Positions 49,732 to 58,939 of a stretch of 64,000 nucleotides of DNA are shown here, piece after piece. The notes under the pieces are model-generated. The model made no database searches. It worked only from the letters and a program-made list of their open reading frames with translations, and was not told the origin of the DNA. Source of the stretch: Candidatus Latescibacterota bacterium (GTDB taxonomy: Bacteria > Latescibacterota > UBA2968 > GCA-2709665); the NCBI GenBank assembly GCA_963662665.2, contig CAXXJS010000040.1, positions 320,001-384,000 of the forward strand, written 5' to 3'. Every line of letters begins with the position of its first letter. The first letter of the stretch is position 1. Made by a program: the position numbers and the translations under genes.

Positions 49732-50781
49732 GTGCGTGGAAAGACGTTCAAGCTGTGGGCGGGAGGGGACGCGCACGTGGGCACGGACCTGGCGGCGGGC
49801 AATCGCCGCAGCCTGGCCGAGGCGATCATGCAGGCCGAAAAGGGCGGCGCGGACGGCGGGCCGCCGTTCGAGTGGGACATCATGCTGGATGTTGGAGACC
49901 TGTCGGGATCACAGACGCCGCCGGACGACGAGGAAGGAGAAGAGGTCGTCAGTCAGTACAGCGTGTCGACCCTTCATCCCCGCGAAGACTTCTACAATAT
50001 CGTGGGCAACCACGACGCGAGCGGTCCGGGCGAGCCGCGCCAGTGGTGGTTCCGGAAATGGGTGGATCCAACCGGCGAGAATACCGGGTATTCCAACGTC
50101 CACGCCGGCAGGCGGCCGTATCCGATCGAAGGGACCTGGGAACGGTATTCGTTTCAGGTTGGGAATATCCTGTTTCTCGCGATGGGAGACCGGAACGACG
50201 GCGGGCCGCCGGTTGGGCGGGCTGCCAGAGGCGGGTTTCCGGCCGGCGCGGTGACGCCCGAGACGTTTGAATGGTGGAAAGAGAAAGTGGAAGCAAACCA
50301 GGACAAGATCATTGTGACGGCGCACCATCACATGTTGAAGAACACAACGGTGGCGTCCGGACCCTGGGAGGGCGTTGACGGCGGATATCACGGCCGGTTC
50401 GAAGACGGCGCGCCCATCGGCGCGTCCTACCTTTATTTCGTAGGGAAAACACCGGATGCCGGGGTATTCGAGTCCTACCTTGAAGCGCATCCGGGTGCGA
50501 TCGACCTCTGGCTGGGCGGTCATACCCACACGAATCCGGACGACACCCACGGCGGGCGGTCTCACGTGGAGCTGAAATGGGGCGTGACCTTTGTCAACGT
50601 GGCGGCGATTTCCAGATATCATGGTAAGAGGAACATCTCGATGAGCAGGCTGCTGACGTTCACGGAAGGAACGTCGGAGGCCAATATCAGGTGCTATCTT
50701 CATATGAGCGATTACTCGGCCCAGGGTTGGTACGACAGCGCGGAACGGACGGCGCCGCTTCGGGCGGCATTCTCATATTGA
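49732..50781 (+). CDS. Calcineurin-like metallophosphoesterase
   Basis: DAH, GD, GNHD, HHH, GHTH. Confidence 0.85.
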   Translation: MRGKTFKLWAGGDAHVGTDLAAGNRRSLAEAIMQAEKGGADGGPPFEWDIMLDVGDLSGSQTPPDDEEGEEVVSQYSVSTLHPREDFYNIVGNHDASGPGEPRQWWFRKWVDPTGENTGYSNVHAGRRPYPIEGTWERYSFQVGNILFLAMGDRNDGGPPVGRAARGGFPAGAVTPETFEWWKEKVEANQDKIIVTAHHHMLKNTTVASGPWEGVDGGYHGRFEDGAPIGASYLYFVGKTPDAGVFESYLEAHPGAIDLWLGGHTHTNPDDTHGGRSHVELKWGVTFVNVAAISRYHGKRNISMSRLLTFTEGTSEANIRCYLHMSDYSAQGWYDSAERTAPLRAAFSY

Positions 50782-50884
50782 AGGGCGCACCGCGCACAGG
50801 GTCGGCCGGTGGATGCACGCAGTGGCGCATTGCCGGACCCATTTAACCGATAAGGACGGCTGGTATCGGCGGGCGGAGCGAAAG

Positions 50885-51850
50885 ATGAAGACATTCGAGA
50901 TCGACGGAAGGGACAAGCGGGGACCCATCCGGCTGAAGATAGAGGTCGACAACCCCTTCGAAGGCGGCGGACGGTGGTTACGGGGCGGTCTGCATTCCCA
51001 CGTGGCGCAGATGGGCGAGTCGCGCGAAGTTTGCGAGCACTACAGGAACCTGGGGTTCGATTTTCTTGCGACAACCGACTATCTCAGTATCACGCCAATG
51101 CCGGATGCAACGGAAGCCTTCGTGACCGTGCCCGGAGCAGAGGTTTTCTGCCCCGAAGGGGACGATCTGACCCACATTATCTGCCTGGGCCTGCGGCATC
51201 TGCCCCGGCCCCTGGACGGCACCCTGGAAGACGTCTCCCGCCTGGTTCGGGACACCGGGGCGCAGGGCGGGCTGGCGGTAATGGCCCACCCCGCCTGGAG
51301 CGACTATTCCTGGGAGAAAGCCTATGCCCTGGCGAGGTCCGGCGTCATCGGGCTGGAGGTGAGCAACCGGCTGACCTGGCAGATCAACGGCAAGGAGCGT
51401 TCCGAGGAACTCTGGCAGATGCTCATTAACGCCGGGGTCCGCCTGGCCGCAATTGGCGTGGACGATGCGATTGTGCTGAAGGATGCGGACGTGACGGGGC
51501 GGACCTGGACAGGAGTGCTCGTGCGGCAACCGGGGGTCGAGGGAATTCTGGAGGGAATTCGCGCACACCGGACCTACGCCAGCGAGGGGCCTGAGATTCG
51601 CGAATTCCGCATTGAGACGCGGGGAGCGGTCGTGGTGGAATGCAGCCCATGCACGGCGTGTCACATCCGGTCGAAGGGGTTCGGCGTCCGCAGCGTCCAG
51701 GCTGCGGCGCCTTCGAAACGGTTCGAGGTGGACCTGACCGTGGACGGTTACCGATTGCGGGACTGGGTATTCGCTTGTGTGGAGGACGAATGCGGGCGCC
51801 GGGCATGGACCAGCGCCATACCCGTCCGCGTTGAAAAGACAACCCTTTAA
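50885..51850 (+). CDS. PHP-fold (CehA/McbA-like) metallohydrolase
   Basis: WLRGGLHSH, DFLATTD, AHPAW, GLEV.N, YASEGP. Confidence 0.75.
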   Translation: MKTFEIDGRDKRGPIRLKIEVDNPFEGGGRWLRGGLHSHVAQMGESREVCEHYRNLGFDFLATTDYLSITPMPDATEAFVTVPGAEVFCPEGDDLTHIICLGLRHLPRPLDGTLEDVSRLVRDTGAQGGLAVMAHPAWSDYSWEKAYALARSGVIGLEVSNRLTWQINGKERSEELWQMLINAGVRLAAIGVDDAIVLKDADVTGRTWTGVLVRQPGVEGILEGIRAHRTYASEGPEIREFRIETRGAVVVECSPCTACHIRSKGFGVRSVQAAAPSKRFEVDLTVDGYRLRDWVFACVEDECGRRAWTSAIPVRVEKTTL

Positions 51851-52063
51851 CCTTGATTCGTAATTCTTCGGGGAAGTAAAACCGAATATATGCAAGTAGA
51901 TAAAGGCGATTTGACTTCGGATTACCAGGATACACCAGGTCACTGGACATTAACTGAAAAAACGTCCTTTTTGACGACCGTTACGCCCCGTTTCAGGGGC
52001 TTTCGTCGCGTCGCCGAGTTGCTGTTTTTTTGAATTCGGGCGAATTTTACGGAAAGGGTAAGG

Positions 52064-54079
52064 ATGAAAAGGACCATTCGAAGGACCGCGATGCTGCACT
52101 TTGAGAAGGCGAGCTATTCCCGGGACTACGTGAAATGGGTCGGTGAGGAGGGGTTTACGGACATCGGACTGGGGCTGAAGCCCGACGACGACAAATTCTC
52201 GGGGCAGGGATACGTCTGGGAAAAGGTGTCCCGGTTGGCGGCGTGGGCCGGGGAATTCGGGCTCGGTGTGATCGTGTTTACGGGATACATGAAATACCGT
52301 GAGACCTTCCTGCGGACCCACCCCGAACGCAGCCTGGTGTGCATCGGTGGAAGCGGTACGGCCCTGGACAGCGACAACATTGTGAGGACCCGGTGGCTGT
52401 GCCCGTTCCAACCCGAAAACAAGGCCGAGTACGTGGATCTGATTCACAAGGTGATCGGGTTGCCGTCGCTGCGGGAAATTCATCTGAACGACGAGGCGGA
52501 AATCGGATTCTCGAATGGAGACGTGGGCTGCTATTGCGACCACTGTGTTGCGGAATACGAACGCGATTCCGGCGAACCGCCGCCCCGGGAGGTCGATTGG
52601 GCATCTCCGGCCTGGTGGCGGTGGGTGCAGCACCGGATGGAGGCATGGACCGCCGTTCACGCCTATTTTCGCGAGGAAATCAAGAAGGTGCGGCCCGACG
52701 TCGTCGTGGGCATACAGCATTCGCCGAAGGTGGTGACCTTTAACGACAACCCCTGGCTGTCCGGCATCGATCTGTCGCGCGACGCGGAGGCGATGGACGT
52801 ACTGTGCACCGACCCGTACCACCACATTCACTATTCCCATTTTACCTATCGTCCCATGCGCCGTATTCAGGCGGAGGCGACCCGCGCGCTGGCCGGTGCG
52901 ACCGTGGGGCGTTCCCTGTTTATCTATCCCCAGGGTTTCATGCCGCCGTCCGGAAGCCTGGAACTGACGAGCAGGGACGGTTTTATGGCGGGATCCGTTC
53001 CCTTCGCGCTGGGCGCGGAGAATATCTCGCCCTATACGTTCGATCTTTGCCAGATCATTCCGGGTTACTACGACGGGCTGAAGGAGGCCTCGCGGCTGAT
53101 TCCCTATTTTGAGAAGACCCGCCCCTATAGCGCCGCCACGTTGATCAAGCCTTCCCAGACGGAAATCTACGGGTATCCCGAGAAACGCTGGGGACGGGAG
53201 GTCCTGGCGATATGGCCGGACGTGATGAACCAGGTGGGTCTGCCCTGGCGATGGGTCTTCGACGGGCGGCTTACGGACGCGGAAGACGCGCTGAGCGGCC
53301 CGGTGATTCTGCCGGAGACCCACTGTCTGACGCGAGAACAGTGCGACGTACTGAACGCGCATGCGAAGGGTGGCAACGGATTGCTCCGGGTGGGCAGGAC
53401 GCCGTCTGGAGACTGGTCCGGCGAAGGCGCTCTTCCGCCGCCTTCCGGCGCCGAGGCGGGGCTCTCGGAATTGACGCCGGTCGTCTCCGGTCACCCGCTG
53501 CTCGAGGGTATCGATACGCCAATAATGCTGGGATCGGCATTCCTGGAACCGGGCCTGGAGGGAGAAACGATTGCCGAAATTGACGGTCGTCCGGCGCTCA
53601 TTGGGCACGAGTCCTCGGGCGGTCGGGAGGTCTGGCTGGCTGGAACGCCCCTGTTCAACTACGTGGAACCCGGCGATCACGGAGCGGTCCGGACGCCCAC
53701 GGGCGGGATGACGCTGCTGAGGAACGCGCTGTCCTGGTTGTCCGCGGAAGCGCCCGCGGCCAGGCTCTGGCCCTATCCCCCCAGGAACGACTATGGAGAC
53801 CTGCGCCCGTGGGACAGGCGGGACGTGCCGACGATGGAGATGTTTCCGATGCTCGGTGACGGGTGTCTCGTCTGCCTGATTTTCAACTATCTCGGTCTTG
53901 CATACGAGACCAATCTGGAGATGCGGGTACCCGAAGGTACGGCGGCCACGACGCTGGTGGATATTTTCTCCGGCGAGGATATGATGGTCTCGGCGGCGGT
54001 TGACGGGCAGATCGTCCGGATGCCCGTCAAGATGCCCGGCGACCGGGAATTCCTGGCGGTTGAACTACAATGGGAGTAA
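52064..54079 (+). CDS. GH42-like TIM-barrel glycoside hydrolase with a trimerization-like domain
   Basis: NDE, CYCDHC, DPY, followed by a GAT-like middle domain. Confidence 0.55.
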   Translation: MKRTIRRTAMLHFEKASYSRDYVKWVGEEGFTDIGLGLKPDDDKFSGQGYVWEKVSRLAAWAGEFGLGVIVFTGYMKYRETFLRTHPERSLVCIGGSGTALDSDNIVRTRWLCPFQPENKAEYVDLIHKVIGLPSLREIHLNDEAEIGFSNGDVGCYCDHCVAEYERDSGEPPPREVDWASPAWWRWVQHRMEAWTAVHAYFREEIKKVRPDVVVGIQHSPKVVTFNDNPWLSGIDLSRDAEAMDVLCTDPYHHIHYSHFTYRPMRRIQAEATRALAGATVGRSLFIYPQGFMPPSGSLELTSRDGFMAGSVPFALGAENISPYTFDLCQIIPGYYDGLKEASRLIPYFEKTRPYSAATLIKPSQTEIYGYPEKRWGREVLAIWPDVMNQVGLPWRWVFDGRLTDAEDALSGPVILPETHCLTREQCDVLNAHAKGGNGLLRVGRTPSGDWSGEGALPPPSGAEAGLSELTPVVSGHPLLEGIDTPIMLGSAFLEPGLEGETIAEIDGRPALIGHESSGGREVWLAGTPLFNYVEPGDHGAVRTPTGGMTLLRNALSWLSAEAPAARLWPYPPRNDYGDLRPWDRRDVPTMEMFPMLGDGCLVCLIFNYLGLAYETNLEMRVPEGTAATTLVDIFSGEDMMVSAAVDGQIVRMPVKMPGDREFLAVELQWE

Positions 54080-54169
54080 CGGTTCCGCAGATGCGTGACA
54101 AGGTAGCGCAAACTGGCAGTTTGCGGCGAAGTCTTACTGTAAGCCCCAAAACCATGGAGGAACCGAGCG

Positions 54170-55015
54170 ATGTCCGAACGAGCCGACGCGCATATTCATC
54201 TGTTCGAGGGAGGCTACCAGGAATCCTTTATGAAGCGGCTGGGCGGGCCAGTGGATGAAGCCGTCGTCTACGCATCGCTGGCGAGGGACCACGGGGTGAA
54301 GGCCGCGCTTATCGTCGGATACGCGGACGTTCCGTGGGCCGCGGAGAATACAGGATATCTGACACAGATGGCAAAACAGTACGACTGGGTCCATCCCGCT
54401 GCCTATTTCGATGCGGCCGAACCGCCGACGACGGACGAGTTGACGCGATTGCAGGCAGACGGATTCGTAGGCGTGAGCTTTTACATATTCGGACAGGAAC
54501 GCGTGGACGCGCTCCTGCGCATATCGGACGAGGTCTGGAACTGGCTGGTCTCGAAGCGCTGGCTCGTAAGTGTCAATTCAAAGGGGGACGACTGGAATGC
54601 CTGGCAGGAGGTCCTCACGCGCCATCCTGAGTTGCGCCTCGTCGTGTCCCATCTGGGCCTGCCGCCGAAGCAGGCGGAAGCGCCCGGCGCTGACGGGGCG
54701 AGGTCCGCGATGGCCAGCGTACTGGCGCTTGCCGGGTTTCCGAAGACGCAGGTGAAGCTGAGCGGATTTTACGCATTGACCGATCCGGGCCACGACTATC
54801 CGCACCGCGCGGCCTGGCCGTACGTGGAGGCGTTGCTGGACGCCTACGGCGTTGAACGGCTGCTCTGGGCGTCGGATTATTCGCCCTGCCTGGACTGCCT
54901 GACGTTTCCGCAGACGTACGACCTGTTTTCGAAGATGCCGTTCCTGAACGACGCGGGCCGGGAGCGGATCGAAGGGGCCAATCTTCTGGCATTGCTCGAC
55001 GAGGTCAAAGGGTAA
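54170..55015 (+). CDS. Amidohydrolase family 2 (sugar lactonase-like)
   Basis: DAHIH, SHLG, VKLSG, WASDY. Confidence 0.85.
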   Translation: MSERADAHIHLFEGGYQESFMKRLGGPVDEAVVYASLARDHGVKAALIVGYADVPWAAENTGYLTQMAKQYDWVHPAAYFDAAEPPTTDELTRLQADGFVGVSFYIFGQERVDALLRISDEVWNWLVSKRWLVSVNSKGDDWNAWQEVLTRHPELRLVVSHLGLPPKQAEAPGADGARSAMASVLALAGFPKTQVKLSGFYALTDPGHDYPHRAAWPYVEALLDAYGVERLLWASDYSPCLDCLTFPQTYDLFSKMPFLNDAGRERIEGANLLALLDEVKG

Positions 55016-55093
55016 GCCGAGCTTCATGTTGGGAAGTTTACAGAAACGGCGAATTTGCCGGCGGATTCCGAACACAGCCCCGGAGGTCTTGAA

Positions 55094-56086
55094 ATGGGAA
55101 AACTGGGCGTTGGTATTGTGGGCATCGGACACGCGGGACGGGAACACTTCACGGCGTTTGAAGAGAATCCCGATGCCCGGGTACTGGCGGTCTGGGCGCC
55201 AAGCGTACGCAGACTGGACCTGTTCCCCGGCACGATGGACCTGTTTGCCCCCTCCTTCGAGTCGATGCTGGAACGGGACGATATCGATATCATTTCCCTG
55301 TGCAGCCCCAACTACGCGCACGCTGAACAGGCGGTGGCCGCGCTGGCAGCGGATAAACACGTGATCTGCGAGAAACCTCTGGCGACCACGCTGGAAGACT
55401 GCGAACGGATCGTGCGGATGGCCGACACGAAACCATCGCTCAAATTCATGGTGGGGCAAAGCGCCAGGTTCAATCCGATATGCAAGACCATAAAGCGCTT
55501 GTACGAAGAGGGAGAACTGGGAGAGGCCTTCTTCGCGGAGGCGGACTATCTGCACAACATCGGGAATCGGATCAAGGACTGGTGGGTCGACGACAGGAAT
55601 CCGCACTTCGGACTGATGGGCGGCGGCGTCCACCCAATCGATCTCCTGCGATGGATCGTGGGAGATATCGACGAAGTATTCGCGATTTCCAACCAAAAGG
55701 TACTCACCGAATTCCCCCACGACGACGCGTACCTGATGAATTTCAGGTTCGAGAACGGGTGCTTGGGAAAGATGGCCGCATTTTTGGGATGCCAGCGTCC
55801 ATACGAACTGAACCTGGCCATATATGGCACAAGAGGCACCGCGATCAACGACAGGTTGTACCTCAGCAAAGTCGAGGAACTGGAGGACTTTATCCGGCTG
55901 CCGATTACGATACTTGCCGAGCACCCCACGTTCGGGGAAGAAATGGCGCATTTCGTGGATTGTATTCTGAACGACAAAGCGCCGATGATCGACGTGCGGG
56001 ACGGCGCGAAATCCGCTGCCACCTGTATAGCGGGCGCGGAGTCCATCGAGAGCGGAAAACCCGTCCACGTGAAAAATGCGTTTTGA
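55094..56086 (+). CDS. Gfo/Idh/MocA family oxidoreductase
   Basis: GIVGIG, CEKPLA, GVHPID. Confidence 0.9.
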   Translation: MGKLGVGIVGIGHAGREHFTAFEENPDARVLAVWAPSVRRLDLFPGTMDLFAPSFESMLERDDIDIISLCSPNYAHAEQAVAALAADKHVICEKPLATTLEDCERIVRMADTKPSLKFMVGQSARFNPICKTIKRLYEEGELGEAFFAEADYLHNIGNRIKDWWVDDRNPHFGLMGGGVHPIDLLRWIVGDIDEVFAISNQKVLTEFPHDDAYLMNFRFENGCLGKMAAFLGCQRPYELNLAIYGTRGTAINDRLYLSKVEELEDFIRLPITILAEHPTFGEEMAHFVDCILNDKAPMIDVRDGAKSAATCIAGAESIESGKPVHVKNAF

Positions 56087-56111
56087 TTTTCGTTTGCTTC
56101 AGGAGAATGTG

Positions 56112-56909
56112 ATGAAGTTATCGCTGTCCGGTCGACTGATTGAGATGACAAGACACACCTATGCGATGACCGTGGAGGAATTCCTTGCGCTTACGGTACG
56201 CGCGGGCTACGAGGCGGTACATCTGAGGGACGGGCAGATCGATCACCTCATCAGGGAAGAACTCTTCGATGAGGTCGAAGCCCTCTATGCCGGACACGGG
56301 CTCGGCTGCAGCATGCTCTGGGGACGGCTGGATTCGGCTTCGTTCGACGCGGACCTGACCCGGAAGAAACTTGCATTGCTGCCTCGCGTCGGACTGGATC
56401 AGCTGATGATCGGGTATCCCACGGATATCGAGTTGATCCGTGAATGGTGCGACCTGGCGGCCCGGCAGGATATCACGCTCGTCATTGCCTGTCACGTCAA
56501 CAGCATATTCGAGGATATCATCCGCGCACGCGATTTCATCAGAAAGGTCGACCGCCCGAACCTCGGGCTGAACGTCGATCCGTTGAATATACACATGGCC
56601 GGGCAGGACTGCGGCCTGTCCACCCTCGAACAGGTGAAAGACCTGTTGTGCATTGTCAACGTACAGGGCGGCGTGTTGCACCAGGGCGATCAGACCATTC
56701 GCCGTTATTACCTGAAATCCACGCCAACGTTCCGCAGGGTGTACCTGTGCGACGAGGACCATCTCGACGTCCCTCAGTTCATATCGAACCTGAAAGCCAT
56801 CGGATATGAGGGTTACGTCAACGTTCTTGAGCCGTATGCGAAGGACGAAGACCTCTCTCGCGTGGCGTTGGAAACGGCGCGCTTGCTGAAGGGGTATATC
56901 GACGGATAA
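56112..56909 (+). CDS. Sugar phosphate isomerase/epimerase (xylose isomerase-like TIM barrel)
   Basis: AGYEAV.L, VDRPNLGLNVDP.N, LKAIGYEGY. Confidence 0.75.
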   Translation: MKLSLSGRLIEMTRHTYAMTVEEFLALTVRAGYEAVHLRDGQIDHLIREELFDEVEALYAGHGLGCSMLWGRLDSASFDADLTRKKLALLPRVGLDQLMIGYPTDIELIREWCDLAARQDITLVIACHVNSIFEDIIRARDFIRKVDRPNLGLNVDPLNIHMAGQDCGLSTLEQVKDLLCIVNVQGGVLHQGDQTIRRYYLKSTPTFRRVYLCDEDHLDVPQFISNLKAIGYEGYVNVLEPYAKDEDLSRVALETARLLKGYIDG

Positions 56910-57193
56910 CGACGTCGGCCGGCTCCCGATATTGTCAGCGAAGCGGCAGGCGCGAAATTCCGCCCGAAGCAGAGACACGAAAAAACACCGGAACTGTTAA
57001 CTGTTTGTGACACAGACGCGACATCAATGTAACACAGTTTCATTATTCATTAAATCCTGGCGCGGCATCGGATCATGCCCGGGCGCACGTCTCCGCACAC
57101 TGCCAGGCAGGCGGCACAACCGCTCCCTCTCCGGGACCCGCACGTTCCGTAAATTTCCAATGGATTTTCTTTCGATCCCGGGCGGAAAAACTC

Positions 57194-57221
57194 TTGACAA
57201 AGCTAATATCATATATAAATT
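57194..57221 (+). promoter_or_regulatory. sigma70-like promoter of the GntR gene
   Basis: TTGACA-16 nt-TAAATT in an AT-rich patch just before the start. Confidence 0.55.
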
Positions 57222-57230
57222 GCGTACATT

Positions 57231-57995
57231 ATGGCAGGAATGACGCTATCCGTCAATTTGGAGGAATTGAAACCGGTTTCCAGGGAAACCCTGGCAGACC
57301 AGGTTGTAACAATTCTCAGACGATACATTCTGGTTGAAAAGCTGAAAAGAGGCGACAGGCTTCCGCCCGAACGGATCCTGGCCGCCAATCTGGGCGTCAG
57401 CTACCGGGTCATCCGCGAGGCGCTGGCCGTGCTCGTCGGCAAAGGCACCATATCAAGAAAGCAGGGGCGCGGCACATTTGTCAGAAACGTGGACACCGGC
57501 CATATCCAGAGCGGCCATCTCGATTTGTTTCCATCCATCTCCAGCCGCGCGGACATATACGCGTTGCGCGTTTCCGTCGAGATGGCGGCGGCCGGTATGG
57601 CGGCCGAGAATGCGACGGACAAAGACCTCGCGCATCTCAACGACATTGCCGACTTCAATGCGTCGGACCGCGACCAGGGGATGATGGCGTATGAAATCCG
57701 CTTTCATCGCGCTCTGTTGCGGGCAACGCATAACCCCACGCTGCAGCGGTTTGCCGACCTGATTGCCGAGGCATTGCGCCTCAAGGCATACGACATAAAT
57801 ATCCCGGTTTTCGGTGAGCGGCCGGCTGCCCAGAGTTCCGGCAGGGTCGCTATTTCGGAACATCGGCACATCGTCGATGCGCTTACGGAACGAGACGGCG
57901 CGAAGGCAACGGCAATCATGTACAAACAAATGGCCAGCGTCCGCACGCTGATCCACGCCCTGCAGGGAAAAAACGGTCACACGGACCATCAATAG
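57231..57995 (+). CDS. GntR/FadR family transcriptional regulator
   Basis: GDRLPPER.LA..LGVS..VIREAL....GRGTFV wHTH; FCD domain FHRAL...HN...EH..I. Confidence 0.92.
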   Translation: MAGMTLSVNLEELKPVSRETLADQVVTILRRYILVEKLKRGDRLPPERILAANLGVSYRVIREALAVLVGKGTISRKQGRGTFVRNVDTGHIQSGHLDLFPSISSRADIYALRVSVEMAAAGMAAENATDKDLAHLNDIADFNASDRDQGMMAYEIRFHRALLRATHNPTLQRFADLIAEALRLKAYDINIPVFGERPAAQSSGRVAISEHRHIVDALTERDGAKATAIMYKQMASVRTLIHALQGKNGHTDHQ

Positions 57996-58103
57996 AACGC
58001 CAGGAATCCGAAAATACGCATTGACTACGGATAACCATACATAAGGAGGTGATGCGCCGGGAATATTGACGGTACGTTTAACAATAAGGCACCGGAGTGT
58101 CCG

Positions 58104-58121
58104 GATGTCGTTCGTGACATC
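58104..58121. promoter_or_regulatory. Inverted repeat, candidate GntR operator
   Basis: GATGTC-N6-GACATC just upstream of the TAAGGAGG RBS of the OMP gene. Confidence 0.45.
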
Positions 58122-58144
58122 TGAATAATGTAAGGAGGTTGTAT

Positions 58145-58861
58145 ATGCGTAACGGTGTGTTGGTATGTATGGCAGCGGCATTGCTGTTGCTCTCGGCGGG
58201 AACGGTCTACGGCGGCGGTGTGGCCGGAAGTTGGGGCCTGGGTACGTTCCTGGATTACAACCGGTCCATCTTCAAGCTGAAGAACTGGTATGAAACCGGC
58301 CGGGGGCAGGCCGGCGTGGTGTTCACCTACGTGATGGGTCCGCGGACCAGCGTGGAAATGGAATTTCACCGCTCCATATTCGAGAACGGAGCACTCGAAG
58401 ACACCCCGTTTACCTGGCCCATAGACGGCAGGGACTATACGTCACCCAACGCCGTTAGCGAGATGCGTATCAGCAGCTTTCTCGTAAACGCGGTGGTCAG
58501 ACGCGGGAACAGGGGCATCCTGGTCAAAGAAAGCTATTCCACCTACGTGACCGTCGGCGCGGGATTCTACGACTACAAGACGGACGTAAGCGGCCTGATC
58601 TTTCCGGGGCAGCGCGAAGCCCCTATAGACAAAGAGCTGGTGATCGAGCCGTTCAGCGATTCGCGCACGGCGCTGGGCGCCAACGTGGGTGTGGGCGTGG
58701 AGGCGTTTGTGTTCGATAACATTTCGCTGGACGTGCGCGCGCGGTACAATCTCCTGCTGGGCGAGTTGAGGCCCATGGAAGCGTGGGGCCTCGAGGGCCA
58801 GACCTTTCCAATGCAGTTCGTGAACGCGCGCGGAGGCATCCGGTTTTACTTCAAGAAATAG
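58145..58861 (+). CDS. Outer-membrane beta-barrel protein
   Basis: Signal peptide; YVTVGAGFY and GANVGVGVEAF; terminal GIRFYF. Confidence 0.75.
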   Translation: MRNGVLVCMAAALLLLSAGTVYGGGVAGSWGLGTFLDYNRSIFKLKNWYETGRGQAGVVFTYVMGPRTSVEMEFHRSIFENGALEDTPFTWPIDGRDYTSPNAVSEMRISSFLVNAVVRRGNRGILVKESYSTYVTVGAGFYDYKTDVSGLIFPGQREAPIDKELVIEPFSDSRTALGANVGVGVEAFVFDNISLDVRARYNLLLGELRPMEAWGLEGQTFPMQFVNARGGIRFYFKK

Positions 58862-58939
58862 CGATGAAGGCGTGAAGGCTTGTTGGATCTCGGTTGGAAT
58901 GTCTTGCAAGTGTAACAAACGCCGCCAAAAGGAGGAACC

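Noticed and set aside
56999-57040. CRP-like site or inverted repeat upstream of GntR
   Set aside because: Only one TGTGA half-site and an imperfect gapped repeat; too weak to call.
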